Positions 1-10,538 are shown, numbered from the stretch's first letter. The stretch is DNA of 59,474 nt from an uncultured Candidatus Saccharibacteria bacterium (GCA_964563615.1 CAZLWF010000005.1:1-59474), one strand, 5' to 3'. Translations and numbers: made by a program. Notes: generated by a model from the sequence alone, not told the origin.

Positions 1-1241
1 ATCTGGTCAAGCTCACTGATGTGCCGGAATGTTATATCCATTGCTTCTTTAATATCAAATCCTTCCATAGCACGTATCCAATCTTCTGACATAGATTCCT
101 CAGGAATTGCAGGTGGTTTTTCCAAATGTGTCGTTGCCATTTTCATAATACGACTCGTGAGATTGCCTATACCATTTGCAAGTTTAGCATTGTAGGTATC
201 CTTAAATCGCTCCACAGTAAATGGACTATCTTCAAATGAACTCACTTCTGATAACAAGAAAAATCTAAGCGCTTCGGTACCATAATCTTGTGCAATAGTT
301 TTCGGATCAACAACATTACCGAGAGACTTAGACATTTTTACTCCACCTTCTGCTGTAATGAAGCCATTGACTACTATCTGGTTAGAATTCGGAAGTTCTG
401 CAGCCATGAGCATGGCTTGCCACATGACGGATTGGAATCGTGTATTGTCTTTACCGCAGTATTGAGTTGGCGTACCATCTATCCAATATTTGGTAAATGT
501 TTCAGTGTCATTGGGCCAACCAACCGTCGCAATATAGTTGACCAATGCATCAAACCAAACATACATTACTTGCTCTGGATCACCAGGTACAGGTATTCCC
601 CACTCCATCTTTGATTTGAGACGTGAAATAGAGAAATCTCGAAGTCCTCCTTTTACAAATGTCTTCATTTCATTGAAACGAAATTCTGGAATAACAAAGT
701 TCGGCTTTTTTTCATAGAACGTCAGGAGTTTGTCACCAAATGCTGAAAACTTAAAGAAATAATTCTCTTCATTAATAAGTTCAAGCTCGAGGTGCGGATG
801 TATTGGACACTTGCCTTCTACTAATTCAGAATCTGTCTTTTCTTCTTCACAGCCGACACAGTATTTGGTCTCGTAGCTTTTTTTATAAATATAGCCATTA
901 TCATTCACTCGTTTCCAAAATTCCTCTGCAGCTTTGATATGTTTTGACTCGGTCGTACGAATAAAATGCACCGATTCAGTAAGACCAAGCACTTTGACTG
1001 ATGCATAAAATTTCTCGACATTCTCATCGACAAATGTTTGGACTGCTTTGTCTTCCGCCTCTGCTTTTTTAAATATTTTTGACCCATGTTCATCAGTACC
1101 CGAATTAAAAAAGACATCATACCCCATGAGCATTTTGTATCGAGCTATCGCATCCGCCCGAATGAATTCAAGCGCATGACCCATATGGAGCTCCGCATTT
1201 ACATACGGCAGCGTTGTCGTGATATAGAAAGGTTTTGGCAT
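1..1241 (-). CDS. metG: Methionine--tRNA ligase, 3' end runs off the window (not in the ORF track)
   Basis: Manual translation from ATG at 1241: MPKPFYITTTLPYVNAELHMGHALEFIRADAIARYKMLMGYDVFFNSGTDEHG (HIGH-type HMGH and GTDEHG). A CxxC zinc knuckle (YCVGCEE) lies near 860. Confidence 0.95.
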   Translation of the reverse strand, partial: MPKPFYITTTLPYVNAELHMGHALEFIRADAIARYKMLMGYDVFFNSGTDEHGSKIFKKAEAEDKAVQTFVDENVEKFYASVKVLGLTESVHFIRTTESKHIKAAEEFWKRVNDNGYIYKKSYETKYCVGCEEEKTDSELVEGKCPIHPHLELELINEENYFFKFSAFGDKLLTFYEKKPNFVIPEFRFNEMKTFVKGGLRDFSISRLKSKMEWGIPVPGDPEQVMYVWFDALVNYIATVGWPNDTETFTKYWIDGTPTQYCGKDNTRFQSVMWQAMLMAAELPNSNQIVVNGFITAEGGVKMSKSLGNVVDPKTIAQDYGTEALRFFLLSEVSSFEDSPFTVERFKDTYNAKLANGIGNLTSRIMKMATTHLEKPPAIPEESMSEDWIRAMEGFDIKEAMDITFRHISELDQ

Positions 1242-1242
1242 A

Positions 1243-2307
1243 TTATATTCCTGCTTTGCGCTTCTCTATATCATTAAAGTACTCAAGCAAACATACAGCA
1301 ACAGGTACTGCTAAAATAATTCCCCAAAATCCAGCAAGCTTTGCTCCGATCAAAAGTGAAATAATAACAACGAGTGGCGAGACGCCAGTTACCTTTTTTA
1401 CAATGAGTGGAGAGAGCAAGTAGCCTTCGAATTGTTGAACAATCACATAGAAAAGCATCACCACAAAAGCAACTGAGACACCTCCGTCCAAATACGCAAA
1501 GACAATACCAGGTACCGCTGCGAGTACGACTCCAAATGGAATAAGCTCAAATATTGCCGCGACGATACCTAAAAGAAATGCATACTTGACCCCAATGAGC
1601 GCAAGTCCCAAGTACACCAACACACCGACGATCAAACCAAGCAATAGTTGCCCTTGGACCCACAAGCCAATCTTGCGTTCAGTACGCTGCCAAAGATCGA
1701 TGACATATGCTTCGTGTTTGTCTGGAATAATAATTCGAAGGAAATTTTCTACCCCACGCTCTTGGATCGATAAGTAAAATGAGACAACGACAAGTATGAT
1801 CAGATTTAAAAGACCACCAAAAAGTGCAGAGGCAGTATTCACAAATCCACCCGCAAGACCGCCGACAAATAATTGCGCTCGGGTAATTAAATCATCAAGA
1901 GAAAGATTTTGTGATATACCAGTCACTACCGCTTTGGCATCATTAACTGTTGTTGTATCTAGATTATTCAAGATGCTCCCGCTCGGTAAGTGTTTGGAAA
2001 TAAGCACAATAAAATTCGATACTTCTGCAGAGAATATCGGCAAAAATGCATAAAACAAACCTGTGAAAACTAGAAAGGTCACTAGGTAGAGCAAGATCAC
2101 TGCAAACATTCTCTGGATGCCATATTTTTTGAGCTTGCGAACGCCTGATTCTACAAATGATGCAACGACAATGGAAGTTAGAAGTACCAAGACAATATCT
2201 TTAATATAGAAAAGCATTAAGACAAACAGTACAAAAACTACTGTCTGTAAAATAGTTTTTTGGCTGATATGTATGGTCATTTCTGATTTTCCATTTCCCT
2301 CTTGCAT
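1243..2307 (-). CDS. AI-2E family (PerM/YhhT-like) transporter
   Basis: 354 aa multi-pass membrane protein with FELIPFG, QQFEGYLLSPLI, VSPLVVIISLLIG and GIILAVP motifs. Confidence 0.85.
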   Translation of the reverse strand: MQEGNGKSEMTIHISQKTILQTVVFVLFVLMLFYIKDIVLVLLTSIVVASFVESGVRKLKKYGIQRMFAVILLYLVTFLVFTGLFYAFLPIFSAEVSNFIVLISKHLPSGSILNNLDTTTVNDAKAVVTGISQNLSLDDLITRAQLFVGGLAGGFVNTASALFGGLLNLIILVVVSFYLSIQERGVENFLRIIIPDKHEAYVIDLWQRTERKIGLWVQGQLLLGLIVGVLVYLGLALIGVKYAFLLGIVAAIFELIPFGVVLAAVPGIVFAYLDGGVSVAFVVMLFYVIVQQFEGYLLSPLIVKKVTGVSPLVVIISLLIGAKLAGFWGIILAVPVAVCLLEYFNDIEKRKAGI

Positions 2308-2343
2308 AGTCGTATCATACCGCTAAAGTCGGTATCCAACAAC

Positions 2344-3612
2344 TTAGAAACGAAGTTCTTGTTTATACGGCAGTGAATTCGTATACGGGCCGACAATAGC
2401 CAGATTAAGATGCTTGGAACTAAAGATATTTGCGGCTACTTTTTGTATGTCGCGCGCCGTAACCTTTGCGAACTTTTTAGCAACCACATCAGCGCTTAAA
2501 AGCGGACGATGCATGACTTCTTGTCCGCCATACCACTGCGCGATCGCATCTGATGTTTCGAGCCCAAGCTTGATCGTGCCGATCAGATAGTCTTTCACTT
2601 TTTTAAGTTCTGGATTTTCTACTGGTTCGGATTGTAATTTTCTACACTCCGCCAATACTACTCGCATAACTTCTACAACACGATTTTTATCAATGCCTGC
2701 AGCTATTTCAAAAAATCCATGGTCACTATGGGTTTCATTATTTGCTCGCACGTAGTATGCGACTCCCATATCTTCTCTGAGCTTTTGAAAAAGTCGAGAA
2801 CTCATACTGCCTCCCAAGAGTGTCGAAAGAATGACAAGTGCTGGCGTATCTTTATGAGCGATCGGATATGTTCGAACACCGAGGACAACATGCGCTTGAT
2901 CAGTTTTTTTGTATTTGATTGCTAGTCCTGGTTTTGTTTGACTGTCAGATACTTTCTTCTTGCCAGTTTTATTACCTGCAGGTATTGCCTTAAATTGCGA
3001 TTTGATTTGATTGAGCGCATCGACGTGGGAAATATTCCCTGCCACGACGATCGTTGTAGCAGATGCAACATAGTGAGCATCTTTGTAATTAATAAAATCT
3101 TCCCTCTTGAAACTTTTAACATTTTCTTTGGTACCAGCTACGCTCCAACCTGCGGGTTGATCGCCGTAGAGGAGGCTCGTAAATACTTGTTGCACATCAC
3201 GCGCTGGCATGTCTTCGTACATATTGATTTCTTCAACAATAACGCCTTTCTCTTTCTCAATTTCTTTCTCCGGAAACGTCGAATTTTGGTAAATATCGGA
3301 AACAACATCGAGTAACTTTGGAAAGTACCGCGCTTCACCCTTGGCATAGTAGCCAGTGTACTCTTCTGTTGTAAATGCATTATAGTCAGCACCAAGCCCA
3401 TCGAGCTCATGTGCAATATGGAGTGCTGTCGGGCGCTTGGCCGTACCTTTGAAACACATATGCTCCAAGAAATGCGAAATGCCATTTAATTTTTTAGTTT
3501 CGTATTTCGACCCTGCCTCAACAAGCACTAATACCGTGACAGTTGGATTGTCTTTCATTGGTACGGTTATAATTCGCATACCGTTTTTTAAAACTGTTCG
3601 TTTGGGTTTCAT
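2344..3612 (-). CDS. M16 (pitrilysin/insulinase) family zinc peptidase
   Basis: Inverted zinc motif HFLEH and NAFTT, plus a C-terminal SSRLFQKLRE. Start moved to MKPKRTVL at 3612, which overlaps the upstream stop (TAATG). Confidence 0.9.
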   Translation of the reverse strand: MKPKRTVLKNGMRIITVPMKDNPTVTVLVLVEAGSKYETKKLNGISHFLEHMCFKGTAKRPTALHIAHELDGLGADYNAFTTEEYTGYYAKGEARYFPKLLDVVSDIYQNSTFPEKEIEKEKGVIVEEINMYEDMPARDVQQVFTSLLYGDQPAGWSVAGTKENVKSFKREDFINYKDAHYVASATTIVVAGNISHVDALNQIKSQFKAIPAGNKTGKKKVSDSQTKPGLAIKYKKTDQAHVVLGVRTYPIAHKDTPALVILSTLLGGSMSSRLFQKLREDMGVAYYVRANNETHSDHGFFEIAAGIDKNRVVEVMRVVLAECRKLQSEPVENPELKKVKDYLIGTIKLGLETSDAIAQWYGGQEVMHRPLLSADVVAKKFAKVTARDIQKVAANIFSSKHLNLAIVGPYTNSLPYKQELRF

Positions 3613-3806
3613 TAAAATACATTTATTATATGAGTACCGATTTTGCAGCCTGATTTTGATCCACGTGTACCGTGGAAGTAGTAGCCATATGGGCCAAGTT
3701 TCTCTTTGCATTGCTGGTCTACATAATGAAGAGCAAAGAAAAGTAACCCCGCAACACCAATAGCTACCATGAGTGTTACAATGTCGCGTTTAGTGATTTT
3801 TCTCAT
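3612..3806 (-). CDS. Small single-pass membrane protein, unknown function
   Basis: 64 aa with one hydrophobic segment. Its ATG directly follows the glyQS stop and its stop overlaps the M16 start. Confidence 0.7.
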   Translation of the reverse strand: MRKITKRDIVTLMVAIGVAGLLFFALHYVDQQCKEKLGPYGYYFHGTRGSKSGCKIGTHIINVF

Positions 3807-5183
3807 TTATAAATTATTTTTTATAAATTCCACAAGCATGCCTTGTTTAATTCTCTCCTGTTTCCCCGTATCTCGGTCCCGAACTGTTACTGTGTCGTCA
3901 GTAAGCGTATCAAAGTCAATGACAATGCACCAAGGAGTACCTATTTCATCTTGTCGTCGGTAGCGCTTACCAATATTGCCATTATCATCCCACATAACGC
4001 GTCCAAATTCTTTTTTCAAATTTGTATATACCTCTCGGGCTTTCTCGACGAGCTCTGGCTTGTTTTTAAGAAGTGGAGAGACTACACAGATAATAGGCGC
4101 AATTGATGGTCTCAACGAAAGATATACTCGTGCTTCATCTTCTTTTTTATCCTCCCGGTAAGCAGAGGTTATCACTGCAAGAATCGCTCTATCGATACTA
4201 ACTGTAGGTTCAATAACATGAGGCACATATCTCTCTTTTTTTTCTTCATCAAATACATCTAATGATTTTCCAGAGAATTCTTGATGTCGTTTTAAATCGT
4301 AATCACCTCTATGGGAAAGTCCAGTTAATTCTTTAATACCAAATGGGTATTCAAATTCTAGATCAACAGTTTTTTTACTATAATGAGCTCTTGCAGTTTC
4401 AGGATGTTCAAGTTGATGTAATTTTTCTACATCAATACCAATAGTTCCTAACCATTTTTTTTGTTCCTCAAGAAATTGATCAAAAATTTCTTCCCATTTT
4501 ACTGATGGCTGAATAAAGTATTCGAATTCCATTATCTCAAATTCACGCAAGCGGTATGTAAAATCTCGAGGTGTAATTTCATTTCGAAATGCCTTACCGA
4601 TCTGAGCAATACCAAAAGGTAGTTTTGGAGAAAAAGAATCCATAACATTTTTGAAATTTATAAACATACTTTGAGCTTCCTCTGGCCGAAGATATGTTGT
4701 AACAGATGTTTCTTCTACAGCACCCATTTTCGTTTCAAGCATTAAATTAAAAGACCGTACATCCGAAAATTGATTACCATCTGGGCTTTTTAATCCAAGT
4801 TCTTTAATCTTCTGATCCATTTGGGCTACGGAAAGCTTTTCTGCATCAATTCCTGCTTCCTCAAGTATGTGGTCAGCTCTATATCTTTTTTTAGTAATTA
4901 AATCGTCAACGAGTGGATCAATAAATTCTGTAGTATGACCAGATGCTTCCCAAACTCGGGGATGCATCAAAATTGCACTGTCAATCAAATACATATTATC
5001 TCGGGAAGTAACGAAATAGTTAAGCCAAGATTCACGAATGTTATTTTTTAAAACAGCTCCGAGTGGCCCATAATCATACGTTCCCGCAAGCCCACCATAT
5101 ATTTCTGACCCAGGATATATAAACCCGCGACGCTTGGCGAGTGACACAATTTTCTCCATTAGATTTTCCTTTTCTTCTTTCAT
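3807..5183 (-). CDS. glyQS: Glycine--tRNA ligase, homodimeric (alpha2) type
   Basis: KRRGFIYPGSEIYGG, YLRPEEAQ, GKAFRNEITPR and FEIMEFE motifs, with the anticodon domain IGKRYRRQDEIGTP. Confidence 0.95.
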   Translation of the reverse strand: MKEEKENLMEKIVSLAKRRGFIYPGSEIYGGLAGTYDYGPLGAVLKNNIRESWLNYFVTSRDNMYLIDSAILMHPRVWEASGHTTEFIDPLVDDLITKKRYRADHILEEAGIDAEKLSVAQMDQKIKELGLKSPDGNQFSDVRSFNLMLETKMGAVEETSVTTYLRPEEAQSMFINFKNVMDSFSPKLPFGIAQIGKAFRNEITPRDFTYRLREFEIMEFEYFIQPSVKWEEIFDQFLEEQKKWLGTIGIDVEKLHQLEHPETARAHYSKKTVDLEFEYPFGIKELTGLSHRGDYDLKRHQEFSGKSLDVFDEEKKERYVPHVIEPTVSIDRAILAVITSAYREDKKEDEARVYLSLRPSIAPIICVVSPLLKNKPELVEKAREVYTNLKKEFGRVMWDDNGNIGKRYRRQDEIGTPWCIVIDFDTLTDDTVTVRDRDTGKQERIKQGMLVEFIKNNL

Positions 5184-5224
5184 ATTTTTTATTATTTACT
5201 ATTCACTGTTTACTCTTCACTATT

Positions 5225-7150
5225 TCATTGCACTACCCGCTCCATACCAGAACTGAAGCTCGTGTCATTGTAGAGCGACGTGGTAAGTGCTGCCCAGGTA
5301 CTTCGTACGATCGTATTGGTATAGGCATCTGTTCCAGTGAGTACTGTCTGGAGTAGAATTTGCGGAATGCTACCAATTTGCGTCGTCGAAGGGGTTATAC
5401 CGATTTGAAATGATGCTTCCCGGAGTGGCAAGCTAATACCGGTTCCCTTGGTAACATTGCCTAATTTCCAGGTCACCGATCGAGTCGTTTCGTTGTAGGT
5501 AACAACTTCCTTTGCAGGCGAGGTCGGTCCAACAAATCTAGCATACGTAGGCAGTGTTGCAACTGCTTCAGCACCTGTTATGTCATTGACTGAGTTCGTT
5601 ACTGACCAGGTTACTGTATAGAGCGTCTCATGATCGGCTTGTGGTGGCATTGGGCCAGTGTTGGTAAATGGACCTTGGAAATGAAGCGCCTTACCGGCAA
5701 TCTGTAGATCTGAAGCGAAGATAAGCGTCTTTGATTCAGTATTCGTCACATCTGAGACCACGCCACCGAGTGATGGCTCTTTACCTTTGATCCCCACCGT
5801 AACAAGGATTTGCGGATTTGAAATATATGAACCTGAAGCATAAAGCGGCAACGGCTTAAACGAGAACGACACGGAGCCTTGCTCGCCTGGATCAATAGAA
5901 GCAAAAACACCACTTCTCGTCTTATCCCAAATAATTTTACTATTGAGCGAATCATAGAAGCCAGTCGACGTTTTGACTGTACTTTTATCATACGCATTAC
6001 CGGTTAGTGTTGCCGTCATTTCGACATCAGTTAGTCTGGTTTCTAAATTATTTTCCCAAATAATTTCTATATCTACTTCTTGATTCCCATTTAAAATATT
6101 AGTCGTACTATCTGCACCATTGACGAGAATAGATGTCGAGAGAAATGGGCGCTTGATAATAATTGTTCCGAGAAGTGATGTATAGGTTACTGCAAGCGTC
6201 GTCCGATCTGTTGCGCTTGCTTCACCAGAATACACACGGAAAGCTCTCTCTTCGCCATCTTGACCTTGGAGACTGCCGGTAATTTTTATTTCTTTTGTCA
6301 TACCTTTCCCCATATCACCAAGCTCCCACATATTGTCTCCAATAGCTGCAAGAGGTTCTGAAGTATTAACAATAAATCCCGAAGGATACTCCATTCGCAC
6401 CAGCATATTTGGTATTGGTTTTTCAGCATTGGAGAGTACTTTGATCGTCATTGTAAAGAGCTGATTTGAGGTAACTTGTTTTGGAACATCAAGCGACAGA
6501 GCAATCGGCGAGGAATTAATCGTGACCGAATACACTGTGTCTTTAACGAAAATAGCATTTGAACCTGCAACTCGATACTCGAGCGATGCTTTGACTGTCT
6601 TTTGTGTGCCTTGTTCGCCATAGAGAATAACCTTAACGCTTTGCGATGAGGTTTTGCCTGGACCCACAGTACCGAGCGTCATACGCGGCAATCTCACTTG
6701 TTCTCCATCACTACCCTCAACACTCCCTTTGGGATATGAGACCAGAAGATCAGCAAGCTCAAGGGGGACACTGTTTTTATTCGTCACTTCTATCTCAAGT
6801 GTGAGTTCATCACCACCACCGGTAAACGAGCTTCCTAAAATATTCACATCAATATTATCATTTGATACGGTATTATTGCCCCGAAGAAACGTGTAACCAG
6901 CATAAAGACCGGAGAGTACAAAAACACCTACTGAAAAGAAGAAAATAAATTTAAACATAGATGATGAAGGTTTGACTGGCATCGTTTCTGTTGCAACTGT
7001 TGACTCTTCTTTTTTCTCCCAAATTTTTGAAATCCCATAGTCACGGGGATGCAAAGTGCCACGCTTGCGTTTGCGGAGTAGGCTTTCATCTTTGCTATAG
7101 AGCCGCCGATTAAGCTCTTCGATTTGATTCGGCGCTTCATTACCGTCCAT
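5225..7150 (-). CDS. Membrane-anchored beta-rich extracellular protein (DUF11-like Ig repeats)
   Basis: 641 aa with one N-terminal TM helix followed by repeated beta-sandwich-like segments ending in W-x-(L/I)-G-x-(L/M/V). Confidence 0.6.
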   Translation of the reverse strand: MDGNEAPNQIEELNRRLYSKDESLLRKRKRGTLHPRDYGISKIWEKKEESTVATETMPVKPSSSMFKFIFFFSVGVFVLSGLYAGYTFLRGNNTVSNDNIDVNILGSSFTGGGDELTLEIEVTNKNSVPLELADLLVSYPKGSVEGSDGEQVRLPRMTLGTVGPGKTSSQSVKVILYGEQGTQKTVKASLEYRVAGSNAIFVKDTVYSVTINSSPIALSLDVPKQVTSNQLFTMTIKVLSNAEKPIPNMLVRMEYPSGFIVNTSEPLAAIGDNMWELGDMGKGMTKEIKITGSLQGQDGEERAFRVYSGEASATDRTTLAVTYTSLLGTIIIKRPFLSTSILVNGADSTTNILNGNQEVDIEIIWENNLETRLTDVEMTATLTGNAYDKSTVKTSTGFYDSLNSKIIWDKTRSGVFASIDPGEQGSVSFSFKPLPLYASGSYISNPQILVTVGIKGKEPSLGGVVSDVTNTESKTLIFASDLQIAGKALHFQGPFTNTGPMPPQADHETLYTVTWSVTNSVNDITGAEAVATLPTYARFVGPTSPAKEVVTYNETTRSVTWKLGNVTKGTGISLPLREASFQIGITPSTTQIGSIPQILLQTVLTGTDAYTNTIVRSTWAALTTSLYNDTSFSSGMERVVQ

Positions 7151-7173
7151 ATCGATAAGTATAGCAGATGGAT

Positions 7174-7752
7174 TTAGAGATTGCTCTCCTTGAGTGCTCG
7201 ATTGATTTCAAATAGTATTGTTTTCTTTTCAAGCTTTTTGTAAATTTCACTTCCTGGATCTATCGGAGCTTCCAAATAGTCAGCAAAGGTATCAGTCCGA
7301 CCAATATAGCCTAAGTTGTGAAGAATTCTAAGTACGAGCACAAGCTCAATAGTTTCATAGTTTTCTTGTATACGATCATGAGTGAGATGTGTTACGGTCG
7401 CAATTAGATCGTCAAAAATTTCAGGAATTGGCTCTTCACCTACGCATAACCGCTCGAGAAGCTTGGCAACACTTGCGATAATTTTTAAGCTTTGAGGATT
7501 GAGACGCAATCCATATGACTGTATCGCCACCCCTGATGTTACGCGCCACAACTCTTTACCTTGGACAAGATCAACTGTCGCATGTGAGAAATCTTGGAGA
7601 CCAAAACGAAGTTTGGACTTTCCGAGCCGTATCCCCTGCGCATGCGCATAGACAAGCCCAAGTTCGCGGGTATAGAGTGAAAGCATTTTGTTTGCTTCGC
7701 CGACATTGCGGCTCCCTATAACAAATGCTTCGCTGTGATAAATGTGGTTCAT
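7174..7752 (-). CDS. recO: DNA repair protein RecO (short form)
   Basis: GEANKMLSLYTRELGLVYAHAQGIRLGKSKL is a RecO N-terminal OB-fold pattern. No zinc-finger cysteines are present. Confidence 0.85.
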   Translation of the reverse strand: MNHIYHSEAFVIGSRNVGEANKMLSLYTRELGLVYAHAQGIRLGKSKLRFGLQDFSHATVDLVQGKELWRVTSGVAIQSYGLRLNPQSLKIIASVAKLLERLCVGEEPIPEIFDDLIATVTHLTHDRIQENYETIELVLVLRILHNLGYIGRTDTFADYLEAPIDPGSEIYKKLEKKTILFEINRALKESNL

Positions 7753-7753
7753 A

Positions 7754-8680
7754 TCAGTTTATTTCTTCTAAACCTAAAGCCTGTCGCATGTACATGTCTT
7801 TCTCTTCTTCATCATTACTTTGAAAATATGAAAGAACAGGGGAAAGATTATAGTCTTTACCGTGATTTCTTTCATGTATATATGAACCTAAAGTTGCCAA
7901 TACTCGCAGAGACCCTGGTCCCCAAATTTCATCTATTACCTTAAGGTACAGGATTGAACTTTCAAAATAACTTCGTTTCATGTTTTCCCATACATTCTTG
8001 GCAGATTCTTTCTTGACATCAGAAATTCCTTTTATTATTTGATCTAAAATTGGCTGGTAATAGTCATATCCAAAGGGTAAAGTTTGGTACTCCTCATATT
8101 CATCGTCCATTACAAATAATTCTTCTTTCAATTCCTTCTTGTGTATTAACCCAATTTCTCTTACTATCCCCTGCAAGATTATTTCATTTAGTCCAGTAAA
8201 ATGCGATCCTCCACCGATAGCAGAAGTTTTTTCGATACCATTTTCACTAATTGGATATCGATCTTTTTCAAAATGCCATTTTAATGACGGCACTTTATGT
8301 CCCATTTCATGGAGCAATACTTCAAACAATTGAATTCTATTAGGAAACTGATCTGACGCAATAAGTATTTCTTGGGTGTCAGTCATCTCATCTATATATG
8401 CATCTGATGAATCTTCTCCGTTTAGAATATCAATCGCATCGCGAGGGACAAAATGGATAGAATCTATTTCTATCTGCGAAAATGACATACCTATTTTTTC
8501 ACATTCGTTTTTATAATATCTATTGAAAAGTTCAATGGCCTTTAGTTCGTCTGGATTTTTCTCAAATTCATAGTCATTTAGCCAACCTCTCAAATATTCA
8601 CGATTGTTTTTTAACTCAGCGTAAAAATGTTCAACAGTTTCTTTTTTTATGCCTTTGCCAATGTAATCAGGGGTTCTCAT
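7754..8680 (-). CDS. Hypothetical protein with HExxH, putative zinc metallopeptidase
   Basis: LLHEMGH followed downstream by GLNE. Confidence 0.5.
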   Translation of the reverse strand: MRTPDYIGKGIKKETVEHFYAELKNNREYLRGWLNDYEFEKNPDELKAIELFNRYYKNECEKIGMSFSQIEIDSIHFVPRDAIDILNGEDSSDAYIDEMTDTQEILIASDQFPNRIQLFEVLLHEMGHKVPSLKWHFEKDRYPISENGIEKTSAIGGGSHFTGLNEIILQGIVREIGLIHKKELKEELFVMDDEYEEYQTLPFGYDYYQPILDQIIKGISDVKKESAKNVWENMKRSYFESSILYLKVIDEIWGPGSLRVLATLGSYIHERNHGKDYNLSPVLSYFQSNDEEEKDMYMRQALGLEEIN

Positions 8681-8681
8681 T

Positions 8682-9398
8682 TTAATATTTTCTTATCCAA
8701 TCATATGTTTCCTCAAATAATTTCTTTTCTGCTTCATGGGAATTAAAATTATGATCTGCGAAGTCAAGATTAATAAGCAACTTTGGCTTATTTGCTTTCA
8801 CAAAATACTTTTTACTGTCCTTACCTGTGCCTGTTCCAATAAATTTTACCGGAATATGTATTTTTTTAATAAGTTCTCCGCAATCTGGAAAATCGAATAA
8901 TTGCTTTATGAATTTCTCACCGATTCTAATTTTCATACCCCAATCTATGTAATACTCCTTCCCAATTTTATATTTAGTAAAAAACTTTTTCTCATCTTCA
9001 CTTTTTACATATGGGGCATCCCATAAAACAATGGCTTTCACCAAGCTCATATTAGAAAAAAGTAGTGATGTTCCACCAAAACTGTGACCAATGAGATAGA
9101 TACTTTTATATTGCTTTTGAAAATGACCAAGTACGGTTGTTATGTCATCACCATGCTGGCTAATACTAGTCTCTTCGAAATGCCTAGCATATTTATTATC
9201 ATTATAAAAATCAAAACGGAATGTATCGTAACCTTTCTCACCAAAAAATTTCGCCCCATTAAAATGGATATGCTCATTACGGTTACCCGTAAAACCATGA
9301 CAGAAGATGACTAATTTACTTGAACCCTTTTTGCTTTTAACGAGATCCCCATAGACGAAATGCCCATCCTTAGTTTTAATTTTTAGCTCTTTTTGCAT
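8682..9398 (-). CDS. Alpha/beta hydrolase
   Basis: HGFTG oxyanion motif, GHSFG nucleophile elbow and a C-terminal ADHNF. Confidence 0.85.
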   Translation of the reverse strand: MQKELKIKTKDGHFVYGDLVKSKKGSSKLVIFCHGFTGNRNEHIHFNGAKFFGEKGYDTFRFDFYNDNKYARHFEETSISQHGDDITTVLGHFQKQYKSIYLIGHSFGGTSLLFSNMSLVKAIVLWDAPYVKSEDEKKFFTKYKIGKEYYIDWGMKIRIGEKFIKQLFDFPDCGELIKKIHIPVKFIGTGTGKDSKKYFVKANKPKLLINLDFADHNFNSHEAEKKLFEETYDWIRKY

Positions 9399-9410
9399 AC
9401 AGAGACTATA

Positions 9411-9725
9411 TCATACAATCTTAAACGTAATCATTTTAACCATTGAACTATCATTTATATCTGCATAAAATCTTCGTAAATCAGTAAACATTTCTTCTTT
9501 AGAAGAATACTTACCTTTCATATCTTCTTCCGTGACTCCAGCGATTTGCTTATCAATAACGTTTGTTATTATCGCATGGGCAAAAACTTCATTTGTCGCA
9601 GATTCAATCAAAGCAATTTCATCATCAACCTTTAAATCTTTTGCACTATTAATTCGCCACGTAGAATCTTTGTTCCCTTCTAAAATCCAGTTCTTTTTGA
9701 TTTCTGTAAAACCAAGAGCTTTCAT
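9411..9725 (-). CDS. ASCH domain protein
   Basis: 104 aa with ILEGNKDSTWR, matching the ASCH GxKxxTxR signature. Confidence 0.7.
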   Translation of the reverse strand: MKALGFTEIKKNWILEGNKDSTWRINSAKDLKVDDEIALIESATNEVFAHAIITNVIDKQIAGVTEEDMKGKYSSKEEMFTDLRRFYADINDSSMVKMITFKIV

Positions 9726-9779
9726 ATTGCCTGTAATTTTTCTTGTAATGGACTTATTGATTTCAAATCAGTCATATAA

Positions 9780-10538
9780 TTATATTAAATCAAATTCGAG
9801 ATAAAGAGGATTATGATCAGAAACTACATCTGCCAACACTTTGAAATCTCTAACAATTATTTCTGGAGAGCAAAATATGTAATCAGCAAATTTAAGTGTT
9901 TTTTTATAGAGTTCTGTGCGGGTTGAAATTATATTATATTCTTTTATAAGATTTTTTAAACCTATATCTTCAAGCATTTGCATACTTTGAGTGTTCGGTA
10001 AAAGATTGAAATCACCTACTATAATCTGAGGACCATCAAAAGATTCTATTAAATCAACTACTATCTTTGATTGATTAAGTCTTTTTTCACTATCACTCTT
10101 CCCTTCCGGTCGATGAGTGAAGTGTGTATTCATTATCCTTAGTCTGCTGCCTTTCACTAGTAAATCAAACCATTGCAATTTCCTATCATGATCTCTATTT
10201 TCTACATCATTAGATTCTTCCCAATTTCCTTTAGCAATGAGAATATCTCCTTTTTCTAAAACTTCAATTTTTTTATTTATATATGTTGCAATACCATAAC
10301 GCTCCTCTAGTACATCACAAAATTCATAATTATGATTTTCTAAAGAATTTCTAATTTGTTCAAAAAGATCATGTTTTACTTCCCGACCTGAAACCTGAAC
10401 AAATGCTTGAGAATTTTGGTTCTGCTTATAAATTTCTTGAAAACAAAAGATGTCTATCTCATTTTTTCTACTTTCGATAAAGTTCTTTAGTCCAGGCCAG
10501 ACTCTTCCACCCCATGCATTAAGTGTAATAAGTTTCAT
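9780..10538 (-). CDS. Endonuclease/exonuclease/phosphatase (EEP) family protein
   Basis: LITLN, FCFQE, NTHF, GDFN, DYIF and SDHNP motifs. The ATG overlaps the ileS TGA (TGATG). Confidence 0.9.
   Translation of the reverse strand: MKLITLNAWGGRVWPGLKNFIESRKNEIDIFCFQEIYKQNQNSQAFVQVSGREVKHDLFEQIRNSLENHNYEFCDVLEERYGIATYINKKIEVLEKGDILIAKGNWEESNDVENRDHDRKLQWFDLLVKGSRLRIMNTHFTHRPEGKSDSEKRLNQSKIVVDLIESFDGPQIIVGDFNLLPNTQSMQMLEDIGLKNLIKEYNIISTRTELYKKTLKFADYIFCSPEIIVRDFKVLADVVSDHNPLYLEFDLI

Noticed and set aside
2344-3711. ORF-track 455-aa version of the M16 peptidase
   Set aside because: The first 33 codons overlap the coupled 64-aa gene and carry no family features. The start at 3612 fits the TAATG overlap.
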